DNA of 64,000 bases from a virus: the IMG/VR virus record IMGVR_UViG_3300033508_000321; one strand, 5' to 3'. A program made the position numbers and the translations under genes. Below, piece after piece: positions 1 to 7,778 of the stretch. Each line of letters begins with the position of its first letter. Within the stretch, counting starts at the first letter, position 1. The notes below the pieces were generated by a model, which ran no database searches, was not told the DNA's origin, and saw only the letters and a list, made by a program, of their open reading frames with translations.

Positions 1-513
1 ATAGTAACTTTTTCCGCCGCCGAAACCGTTGGAAATGTGCTGAATCTTAAAGTGGCAAAAGGTACAACACCAACAAAACTTTCAGCAGGTGAGTTATCAG
101 CATTTACGGCATACGCAAATGAAATCGGATTTGCCGGCACGGAAATAAACGTGATAAGTACCGATGGTGACCAGCTGTGGTTAGAGGCGAATTGTTATGT
201 AAATCCTCTGTTAATAAATTTGGATGGTACTAGCGTTGCTGATGCTTCACTGGTGGTAGAAGATGCTTTGAACAGCTACTTAGCAAACTTGAATTTTAAC
301 GGTGTTTTCTCACTGTTTGAGCTATACAATTACATGAATAGTATATCAGGTGTGACTAACTTTGTGGTGACCGTAGGTAACGTAAAAGCAGCTACTTCGC
401 TTGCGTATACAGATTTGCTTATTACCTCGAGTCGGAGTTATGTACCTTATGCCGGTTATTTAATCGAAGACCCTGTAAACCCTTATAATATAACGTATTA
501 TGCGAGTGTATGA
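1..513 (+). CDS. Tail/baseplate structural protein, C-terminal fragment (baseplate J-like by weak resemblance); 5' end outside window
   Basis: Frame 1 is open from nt 1 (IVTFSAAETVGN...), so the GTG at 37 in the ORF track is not the true start. Lies directly upstream of fibre-like genes. Confidence 0.4.
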   Translation: MVTFSAAETVGNVLNLKVAKGTTPTKLSAGELSAFTAYANEIGFAGTEINVISTDGDQLWLEANCYVNPLLINLDGTSVADASLVVEDALNSYLANLNFNGVFSLFELYNYMNSISGVTNFVVTVGNVKAATSLAYTDLLITSSRSYVPYAGYLIEDPVNPYNITYYASV

Positions 514-979
514 TATAGATTACGCAAAACTTTTTGCCGGACTTTGGCCGTGGTTTATTCGTGGTGCAACATGGGTAGATTTCATGCTATCGTGGATTAA
601 CCCGATTTCGTATGTTAACTCACTTTTTACTTCGCAAGTGGATGAGGTTCGTGATACTTTGCTTTATGATAGTAGGGTAATTTACTTGCAAAAAAGGTTG
701 TGGACGTTGTACGATAATTCAGAGGCTACGTATGTAGAAAAGCACATCATTGACCGTAACCCGGTACTTAGTCAGATAAGCGAACAGCGAACGTCTTTTA
801 CGTATCAGATTAGTGAATCTTTACACGCTTACTTCTACCAACAAAACGATGTGCTGAACCAAATAAATTACACAGTACATTTACCCGCCGCTTTATCTAC
901 TCTCGAAGATCGTATCCGAGCAACGGTGGTGCAATATAGGCAATCAGGAACGCAGTTCGACTTGGCTTTTGACTTATAA
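500..979 (+). CDS. Hypothetical tail/baseplate-associated protein
   Basis: ATG overlaps the upstream stop. Position between a J-like fragment and a fibre-like gene. No motif recognised. Confidence 0.4.
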   Translation: MRVYDIDYAKLFAGLWPWFIRGATWVDFMLSWINPISYVNSLFTSQVDEVRDTLLYDSRVIYLQKRLWTLYDNSEATYVEKHIIDRNPVLSQISEQRTSFTYQISESLHAYFYQQNDVLNQINYTVHLPAALSTLEDRIRATVVQYRQSGTQFDLAFDL

Positions 980-991
980 AATAAAGGAATT

Positions 992-1801
992 ATGAATAAA
1001 TTTATCAATACTTTTACCGGTGGTCTGGACTTATTTCACGATGATATACGTTGGAATGACTATGCGTACCGTGGTGCTTTGAACAATCTACTGAATAGCT
1101 TCGCTATTGATACCAACACGAACTTTGTGATCAGCGGTTGTGTACCTACCTATACACCCGGTGTTTCATTGGCTGTTACCGATGGGTATATTTACTTGAA
1201 TGGTGAGGTTTTACAAGTTGAAGCACAAACGTTTTTAAACGACGGTGCTGATTTCAAGTATACCAAGGTAACTACGTTCGATACTACAGGAAACCGTGTT
1301 ACGAAAGCGGGTGCATCTGTACAAACTTATCAAAAAAACCGTGGTGTGGTGAGTGCCGGTGCTGCCGGAACTACTGAGTTGAATGCTCGTATAGTAACTA
1401 CGCTAATAGACAAAATAAAACTGGCATTAGAACTGACTTACGATACGTGGGTACAACCTACGTTTGAATCAGGTTTTGCGCATTCTACCGGCGAAGCAGA
1501 TTTTGGTGTTTGGTACAAAAAAACCAAAGAAGGGAACTTGTTTATTCAAGGTGCTATGGTACTTTTAGCGGATAAAACGGGTGACGATCTTTTATTCACT
1601 TTACCTGCCGGTTATCGTCCTAGCGATGTTAACACACTACCAGCGAGTACTGTTTACAGATTCCCGTTTATTGGTGATACTGGCGGTGGCGTAAGTACAA
1701 ACATTTTGGCCATAGATGAAACAGGCGCAGTTAAACTGGAAAACCCAGCGTTAACTGGGTACAAGTATTTCTTTAATCACATTATACCTTTGGATGTATG
1801 A
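992..1801 (+). CDS. Putative tail fibre / receptor-binding protein
   Basis: 269 aa, Gly/Thr/Asn-rich. Position in the tail-fibre block. Call by context only. Confidence 0.4.
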   Translation: MNKFINTFTGGLDLFHDDIRWNDYAYRGALNNLLNSFAIDTNTNFVISGCVPTYTPGVSLAVTDGYIYLNGEVLQVEAQTFLNDGADFKYTKVTTFDTTGNRVTKAGASVQTYQKNRGVVSAGAAGTTELNARIVTTLIDKIKLALELTYDTWVQPTFESGFAHSTGEADFGVWYKKTKEGNLFIQGAMVLLADKTGDDLLFTLPAGYRPSDVNTLPASTVYRFPFIGDTGGGVSTNILAIDETGAVKLENPALTGYKYFFNHIIPLDV

Positions 1802-2121
1802 TAGTAGTTTTCCCATCAATAATTCCGAACGGGTACAAGGCTATGGCTTTGTATCCTTTTATTTTCGTATCTGAGCCAAAAGGTACGTACGTATTTAAAC
1901 TTTTGAGCAAAGGTCTGGAATACTCAAAAGCGGTAGGACGGTGGGAAAGAATGATTGCGCATGAAAGAGTACACCACAAACAACAAAAAGAATTGCTTTT
2001 CATTGGCTTTTTACTTGTATATTTGTACTTTCACTTGCGTTATGGATATAGACACAACCCAATGGAAAAAGAAGCCGTACACGGTAGAAAAAAACGCTTT
2101 GGCTGGACTGAGTACATATGA
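1798..2121 (+). CDS. Small HExxH-motif protein with hydrophobic segment (putative minimal metallopeptidase-like)
   Basis: Motif AHERVHH (HExxH), then a hydrophobic stretch LLFIGFLLVYLYF, then NPMEKEA. ATGA overlap with the upstream gene. Confidence 0.4.
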   Translation: MIVVFPSIIPNGYKAMALYPFIFVSEPKGTYVFKLLSKGLEYSKAVGRWERMIAHERVHHKQQKELLFIGFLLVYLYFHLRYGYRHNPMEKEAVHGRKKRFGWTEYI

Positions 2122-3545
2122 TAACAGATAAGGAAATAGAGGAACTGGTAACAGGTTTGTATAATGGTACGGTGAGCATCTTGCGCTTGCCGCAAAATCT
2201 TTTTGCCGCCACTTATCTCGAGTTAATGGGTGGTGTGACTAAAGGTTTTGGAATACCCGAATTTGAAACACCGGCACACGATGTACTCACTAAGCTAGGC
2301 AATAATATCAGCTCTTTTTCCGGCTGTAAGACGTTCAAAGAAACTTATGATATGCAGCAACTTCTTTTCGATTCACAGGGCTATAAAAAGCCTTTTAATG
2401 TGTTCAAGAATGAAGTAATGACCGTTTACACGAATTACAACGAACGTTATTTACAAGCTGAGTACAACACCGCTATAAATTCCGCTTTTTCTGCTGCTGA
2501 CTGGGTAGAATACGAAGCGGATAAAGACATATTCCCACTTCTTCAGTACAAAACAGTACATGATGGTAGGGTACGGGAAGACCATGCAAAACTGCATAAC
2601 ATAGTGAAGCCGGTAGATGATCCTTTTTGGGATACTTTCATGCCGTGCAACGGTTGGAATTGTAGATGCAGGGTAATAAAATTAACAGAATTTGAAGCCG
2701 AAGAAACACCACTTTCAGAGGATAAGCTAAAAGAACTTACTGAAGGTATTCCTGATATATTTCAATTTAATCCGGGCAAACGAGGTGAGATATTTTCGCA
2801 AAGTCATGATTATTTTAATGCCAATACACTACCGCCAAAGGTACGTACGTATTTCACCGAAGAACGCAAAACCAATTTCGGGTTCGTTACACCACCAATA
2901 CAGGGTGTAACCTCACCGATTCCGCAAAAAATCGTTACTGACTATACCCATGCTGTAGAAGAAGTTAACGACTGGTATCTTACTTTGGGTGAAGTTGACC
3001 GTAAAATACTACGGCAGTACACAACCTATGGGGATGTTATTATGAGTAATTACCTACGGGGCACATTAAAAAATAGCGGTGACGTTCGAACTATCATAGA
3101 TGTTAACGGTGTTCCGGTTCTTGTTGGTGGTGGTAAACCGCCAAAGAAAACACTGGAAATGATCGCAAAAGATTTAGCCAATAAAACTACCGATTTGTAC
3201 AAGAAAGCACCTAAATTTGTAGGTACTTCCTACCGTGGGTTGGAGTTTAATAAACGTAACGATTTATTGGCTAAGTTTGAATCGCTAAAACCCGGAGATG
3301 TATTTGTCGAACCCGGCTTTATGAGTACTACACAAACTATAAAGGTTGGTTTAGACTTCTCAGGTGCTGCGGAAGGTGCTTTGATTGAAATAAAAAATGC
3401 TGAAGGCTACGCCATAAAAAGTTTTTCGCGGTTCAAAGGGGAGGAAGAAATACTACTGATGCCCGATACAGTATTAAGATTTGTAGAAAAAGAACGCATA
3501 ACAGTAAACAGAGATAAATACATATTTGAGTATGTCAAACAATGA
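2118..3545 (+). CDS. MuF / SPP1 gp7-like minor head (head morphogenesis) protein fused to a C-terminal ADP-ribosyltransferase domain
   Basis: N-terminal half has the MuF signature HDGRVREDHAKLHN...DPFWDTFMPCNGWNCRCR. C-terminal half has the R-S-ExE ART triad: TSYRG (R at 3234-3236), FMSTTQ, GEEEILL. Confidence 0.75.
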   Translation: MITDKEIEELVTGLYNGTVSILRLPQNLFAATYLELMGGVTKGFGIPEFETPAHDVLTKLGNNISSFSGCKTFKETYDMQQLLFDSQGYKKPFNVFKNEVMTVYTNYNERYLQAEYNTAINSAFSAADWVEYEADKDIFPLLQYKTVHDGRVREDHAKLHNIVKPVDDPFWDTFMPCNGWNCRCRVIKLTEFEAEETPLSEDKLKELTEGIPDIFQFNPGKRGEIFSQSHDYFNANTLPPKVRTYFTEERKTNFGFVTPPIQGVTSPIPQKIVTDYTHAVEEVNDWYLTLGEVDRKILRQYTTYGDVIMSNYLRGTLKNSGDVRTIIDVNGVPVLVGGGKPPKKTLEMIAKDLANKTTDLYKKAPKFVGTSYRGLEFNKRNDLLAKFESLKPGDVFVEPGFMSTTQTIKVGLDFSGAAEGALIEIKNAEGYAIKSFSRFKGEEEILLMPDTVLRFVEKERITVNRDKYIFEYVKQ

Positions 3546-3738
3546 TTCACCATTAAGCAAAGATTTTGAGCCGGTTTTTACGCAGTGCAACACGTGTAAA
3601 CATTTCTATAGGGAAAATGCTGATATTTCGTGTAAAGCATTTGAGAAAATTCCTATGAGTATTCTCACCAATAAAATAAAACACGATAAACCAATAGAGG
3701 GTCAAGAAAACAAAGTAGTGCATGAAAAAGCTAGGTAA
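3532..3738 (+). CDS. Small Cys-containing protein directly downstream of the ART domain (possible immunity/partner protein)
   Basis: The ORF track starts at TTG 3526. The first ATG is at 3532 and overlaps the MuF-ART stop by 14 nt. Contains CNTCKH...C. Confidence 0.4.
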   Translation: MSNNDSPLSKDFEPVFTQCNTCKHFYRENADISCKAFEKIPMSILTNKIKHDKPIEGQENKVVHEKAR

Positions 3739-4225
3739 TTTCGGTTTTCTCGAGGGTAATGCTAAAGGATTTCACGCAACAAAACTTCGTCTTGCGAAAA
3801 TTCTACCCAATACCGCTTTAAATCACTTTTTAGAAGGGTTTGAACTGGGTGGGTATAAAACCGATGCATCCGAAAGTGGGTGGCCTAAAAGAAAAAAGAA
3901 TTACCAAATGAAGAAACGTGGTACACGTGTACCGGGTCAAGTTCGTAGCGTAAATCGTGACCGTGCTTTGCTTGTTAAATCGGGTGCTTTACGTCGCTCG
4001 TTAAAAGTTACAGATTCAAGTCCAAATCTTATGCGTATAGCATCACGTGGTATCAGATATGCAGCTATTCATAACTTCGGTCTGATGGGAAAAGCATTCG
4101 GGAAATGGCCTTTTAAGATGCCTAAACGTGAGTTCGTGGGTAAAAGCAGAGAACTAGACTTGAAACTGAATAAAATCATCATAGCCGCTTTTAAACGCTA
4201 CATGAGTAGCTTAAAAAATCCTTAA
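3722..4225 (+). CDS. Virion morphogenesis / tail completion protein (Mu gpG-like)
   Basis: Motif ALLVKSGALRRSLKV...IRYAAIHNFG is typical of the Mu G / virion morphogenesis family. The MuF-then-G order matches Mu. Confidence 0.55.
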   Translation: MKKLGNFGFLEGNAKGFHATKLRLAKILPNTALNHFLEGFELGGYKTDASESGWPKRKKNYQMKKRGTRVPGQVRSVNRDRALLVKSGALRRSLKVTDSSPNLMRIASRGIRYAAIHNFGLMGKAFGKWPFKMPKREFVGKSRELDLKLNKIIIAAFKRYMSSLKNP

Positions 4226-4253
4226 AAATTAGGCTTTTAAAACAGTCTAGGTT

Positions 4254-4261
4254 TATATTTG
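4254..4261 (+). promoter_or_regulatory. Bacteroidota-type -7 box TAtaTTTG upstream of 4287
   Basis: Exact TAnnTTTG match 25 nt before the ATG, in a 61-nt intergenic gap. Confidence 0.45.
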
Positions 4262-4286
4262 CATTAAAATTAAAATTAAAATCTCT

Positions 4287-4838
4287 ATGGTTGTTTTCGA
4301 TATATACCGAGCCATACGTACAGCATTAGAAGCATCTACCATCATTGAGCACATTGGCTGGTATAATGACCAGATCAATAATGAAGAGCTTGAAACAGCC
4401 TACAATCATCCCGCCGTTTTTATCGAATTTCCTGACAATGCTTGGGAACAGCAAATGCATAGCACGTTCGGTAATACCGGTGCTCAGGCAAATGGTTACA
4501 TTCAAATAAACGTACACGTGGAATTTACCCTGCTAAATGATATTAGTGATGAGGTTGATTACATGGAAAGCATCGTAGAAGAGGTTTATTACCGTTTGGT
4601 AGGTCTTTCCGGAACTAATTTTACCACATTCAAACGTTTTGCCGATGGTGGCACACCAACAGCATCACGTGTGTACGAATGGGTACTAAAATTTTCAACA
4701 ACCGGCATAGAAGAAGGTAAAGACTTAGGTGCTATAGATGTAACAGAGGGCGATACAAACCCAATAGACTTAGTGCTGAACACCGATTTAGATATTGATA
4801 ACCAGATAATACGTACAGGCGATGGCAATTACATTTGA
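4287..4838 (+). CDS. Hypothetical structural protein
   Basis: 183-aa ORF in the structural block with its own -7 box. No motif recognised. Confidence 0.45.
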   Translation: MVVFDIYRAIRTALEASTIIEHIGWYNDQINNEELETAYNHPAVFIEFPDNAWEQQMHSTFGNTGAQANGYIQINVHVEFTLLNDISDEVDYMESIVEEVYYRLVGLSGTNFTTFKRFADGGTPTASRVYEWVLKFSTTGIEEGKDLGAIDVTEGDTNPIDLVLNTDLDIDNQIIRTGDGNYI

Positions 4839-5088
4839 GCGGCTAACTGATAGCCGAAAAATTACCGTAAAGCGAGATGGTATTGTACAAAGAACGTTCG
4901 ATGTGCAAGACAACGTAAGCATTTTGAGCACTAAAGAGGCGGGGGTAGAAAACCCAAACATGGTGCGCATGCTGAATAACTTAGAAGTGTACGAGTTTGA
5001 CTGGAGAGAAGTGACCATAACACCTACCCCCGGTAGTAGAAATGAACTGGTACAAACTTTGATCTTGAATTTTTTTTTTTTGACGTAG
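4822..5088 (+). CDS. Upstream segment of a fibre-like structural gene split by a T12 tract
   Basis: Ends ...LILNFFFLT* right after the T12 run. The downstream frame is open from 5046 and protein-like well before its first start codon. Confidence 0.5.
   Translation: MAITFERLTDSRKITVKRDGIVQRTFDVQDNVSILSTKEAGVENPNMVRMLNNLEVYEFDWREVTITPTPGSRNELVQTLILNFFFLT
5070..5081 (+). other. T12 homopolymer: candidate -1 frameshift / transcriptional slippage / phase-variation site
   Basis: 12 consecutive T. A -1 shift (or +1 T) joins frame of 4822 to the frame of 5082-6407. Confidence 0.6.
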
Positions 5089-6407
5089 GTCTTATTGGTA
5101 ACACCCCTTTAAAAGTAGCTTATTATGAAGCAATTACAACAACTAGCGGACAAATCACGAAACCGACTGGATCAACAATCCTCCTCGACCAATGGTCTAA
5201 CGGGGTTGATGCGTTGGTTTGTAAAATCGTTGGTGGAAAACCAGATTTTGAGGATTCCGGTGTGGACGTTCTCACTTTTGACGTTGATGGTAATTATACA
5301 ATTAGTGCAGCTTTACCTTCTAATCCGGCAGCATTAATATTTTACTTATCCGTACCGCTCAAGTTCATGGGTAATTTAGACATAAATTACACCATTCAGT
5401 ACGTTGAGTTATCTTACACAGGGTTAGACCATAGCACGCTAATAAATCGTGACGTTGCGGGAAATCATACACTGGTAAAACCGCTAGCAGATTCAACTAC
5501 CGCATTTATGATGCAAAAAGCGGATGGTACACCTATATTTATTTTCGATAGTACGAGTGAAAGTATAAGTATAGCAGGGTTACTTGACGTACTAAAGCAA
5601 ATTAGTCTTGGTGGAACGGATCTTGTAATATCGGACAATGGTAATATAAATGCATACGGCAGCCGTATGATGAGCTTTGCCGATGGTACGCTGTATGACA
5701 TGCAGGCAACTAACAGGGTAAGTATTGACTTCGTAAATCGTATACTTCAACGTATGTGGACAATCACCGGAACGAGTAATGACGGTAGCACACGTATTTT
5801 ACAAGGAAATAATTCGGATAATACCACTGTATTTGCGGTAGACACCAATGGATTTGAGCTCGATCAGTATGACGACCTATTGCCATCTGCCCAGTGGCTA
5901 GCCACCAGCGGAGCACCGAGCCCAGACTTAGTGACTGCAACCATTGGTGGGGTAGTATTCAGCCTGTGGGCATTCGATGGGGGAAATACAGCAGAAAGTA
6001 TGACTTCGTACTTCGAAGTTATACATGGGATTGATATTGACATTCTAAATGCCGATACACTACTTGCAGAAATTCATACACATGGGATGCCCAGTACTAA
6101 CGCTGCCGGTGTGGTGAAGGTATTTTTCTCGATAGTGTACCTTCCGGTAGGTGGTGTCCCTCAGTTATTGGGTACTTTCAGCACGCTTATTACCATCGCG
6201 CTAAATCAGCAGTATTTCCACAAGCTGGGTGGCGTAGAAATACCTAAACCTACCTCCGGTTACGGTATTGGTGACCAAATACTGGTGAAGTATGAGCGAA
6301 AGCCTAACGATGCTCAAGATACATACGGTGCAGACTGGCTATTCTTGCAGTGTGCGTTGCATATGCCATTCAATTCCAGAGGTAGCCGCCAAAGATATGT
6401 GAAGTAA
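5082..6407 (+). CDS. Downstream segment of fibre-like structural protein (tail/head fibre-like)
   Basis: Frame open 5046-6407. The first canonical start is only TTG 5214, yet 5082-5213 translates to plausible protein (DVGLIGNTPLKVAYYEAITTTSGQITKPTGS...). Fibre-like motif STTAFMMQKADGTPIFIFDSTSESISIAG. Confidence 0.5.
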   Translation, partial: DVGLIGNTPLKVAYYEAITTTSGQITKPTGSTILLDQWSNGVDALVCKIVGGKPDFEDSGVDVLTFDVDGNYTISAALPSNPAALIFYLSVPLKFMGNLDINYTIQYVELSYTGLDHSTLINRDVAGNHTLVKPLADSTTAFMMQKADGTPIFIFDSTSESISIAGLLDVLKQISLGGTDLVISDNGNINAYGSRMMSFADGTLYDMQATNRVSIDFVNRILQRMWTITGTSNDGSTRILQGNNSDNTTVFAVDTNGFELDQYDDLLPSAQWLATSGAPSPDLVTATIGGVVFSLWAFDGGNTAESMTSYFEVIHGIDIDILNADTLLAEIHTHGMPSTNAAGVVKVFFSIVYLPVGGVPQLLGTFSTLITIALNQQYFHKLGGVEIPKPTSGYGIGDQILVKYERKPNDAQDTYGADWLFLQCALHMPFNSRGSRQRYVK

Positions 6408-6444
6408 AAACACTTAAAAATTCTGATATTTCCCCCGCCACCGT

Positions 6445-6452
6445 TAGCTTTG
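6445..6452 (+). promoter_or_regulatory. -7 box TAgcTTTG upstream of 6472
   Basis: Exact TAnnTTTG 19 nt before the ATG. Confidence 0.45.
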
Positions 6453-6471
6453 AACCATAAAAATTAAAATC

Positions 6472-7179
6472 ATGGATATTCTATCTTTTTTCAAGTGGAC
6501 TAACGAATTTTTGGCATTAATCGTTGCCATTGGTGGTAGTGGCGCTACACTTTTTGGCCTTATATACAGTCACTTGAAACGTCAAAAAGCGGAGGAAAGC
6601 ATCGCTGAGAAACTCAGTAGTATTGACTTACAACAAAATGAGAAATTACAACAGATGGACGCAAGCGTACAAGAATTGGCTGTTATCGTTACCAACACGC
6701 AAGAGATTTTAAATATATTGCAAAAGGAAAAGCTAGATAAGGCTTTTTTGGATAACCTCAAAGTAAAAATTTCTGATTTGGGTGATACGATTATGAAGGT
6801 ACATCACCTAGATAATGCTTTCGAAAGTCTGATAGTAGAAGCAACCGAAAAAGCGGGTAGTGTGTTCAAGGATATTTGGCGCACAGGTTACGTGAATTGG
6901 GATACTGAGGTACTAGCACGAAAAATTACATCTGCTATGCGTAGCCTACGTACTTATTACACTGGACACGTGGTTACACCGCCAGAGGTTATCGAAGAAA
7001 TTCAACGTAGGGTTGCACAACCAGCCATAAAAAGGTTGCTTACCAGTTTGGAAATGTTCAAATCAGGTCAGTACAATGGTTCTACATCAAAAAAGTACGA
7101 GGAAGTAGTACTGAATTTTTGCCGGGAAATGATTGAAGGCGGTATAGAAATAAATCATTCTATTCAAAAGCGGACTTAA
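6472..7179 (+). CDS. Membrane-anchored coiled-coil protein (moron-like insertion in head module)
   Basis: N-terminal hydrophobic helix FLALIVAIGGSGATLFGLIY, then a Q/E/K-rich helical region. Own promoter. Convergent with the only - strand gene. Confidence 0.5.
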   Translation: MDILSFFKWTNEFLALIVAIGGSGATLFGLIYSHLKRQKAEESIAEKLSSIDLQQNEKLQQMDASVQELAVIVTNTQEILNILQKEKLDKAFLDNLKVKISDLGDTIMKVHHLDNAFESLIVEATEKAGSVFKDIWRTGYVNWDTEVLARKITSAMRSLRTYYTGHVVTPPEVIEEIQRRVAQPAIKRLLTSLEMFKSGQYNGSTSKKYEEVVLNFCREMIEGGIEINHSIQKRT

Positions 7180-7675
7180 GGTCAGTTAACACTTTTTGAG
7201 TGAGCGTATCTGGTAAGAATTTGCCGGATATTTTTATTTCCGTTTTTTCGATGCCGTTTGCTATGAATGTACCTACTTCGATTTTATCAAGATTCTTAGT
7301 GTATTGGATTACCTCGTCAAGTAGTTCATCATTTAAACAGCGTACCTCTGGCTGTAGCCAATCGTAATGATAGTGGTAAGCCTTCAAAACACCGTCAATA
7401 AACTTATAGGTTGATTTTACGATTTTAGGAATTTTCACATCCTTCGAATAAAAATAAAGTCTGGCGGTGGTAGGTGTGATGCTGTACATATCGGCAACCT
7501 CTTTCAAGTGATCCGGGTAGCGAAATGGTTTTTTATCTATGCTGTGCTGAATAGCTCGATCCCGCATTTCCATTTTTATTGCGTAGATAAGCATACTACG
7601 ATCTGATACTAAACCGCATTCAATCCCATCCCGGATAGTTGGTACTGTATCGAAAACAAGCCTATGGTATTTCAT
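7160..7675 (-). CDS. Putative HTH DNA-binding regulator (only - strand gene in window)
   Basis: 171-aa ORF. HTH-like segment LKEVADMYSITPTTARLYFY. 3' end overlaps 6472-7179 by 20 nt. Divergent from the protease gene. Confidence 0.5.
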   Translation of the reverse strand: MKYHRLVFDTVPTIRDGIECGLVSDRSMLIYAIKMEMRDRAIQHSIDKKPFRYPDHLKEVADMYSITPTTARLYFYSKDVKIPKIVKSTYKFIDGVLKAYHYHYDWLQPEVRCLNDELLDEVIQYTKNLDKIEVGTFIANGIEKTEIKISGKFLPDTLTQKVLTDLKSAFE

Positions 7676-7778
7676 GAAAAATATTTTTTTGTAAAATTAA
7701 GTGAATTTTAACAAAAATGTATAAAAATTTTGTATCGGGCACGCTAAGAATTTACTTTGTTAAAATTTTGTTATTGAT

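Noticed and set aside
1832-1857. Both strands translate to nearly the same peptide (YKAMALYP / YKAIALYP) because of an imperfect palindrome TACAAGGC-TATG-GCTTTGTA
   Set aside because: It is a short 7/8 inverted repeat inside a coding region and probably coincidental. The - strand ORF 1782-2003 has no other support.
5125-5337. 70-aa ORF overlapping the start of the fibre-like gene in another frame
   Set aside because: The competing frame (5046-6407) is open for more than 450 codons and protein-like throughout. This ORF is best explained as a chance overlap.
7753-7760. Possible -7 box TTACTTTG upstream of the protease gene
   Set aside because: It reads TACTTTG, one T short of TAnnTTTG. It is plausible as a weak or late promoter but is not an exact match, so it is not listed as a feature.
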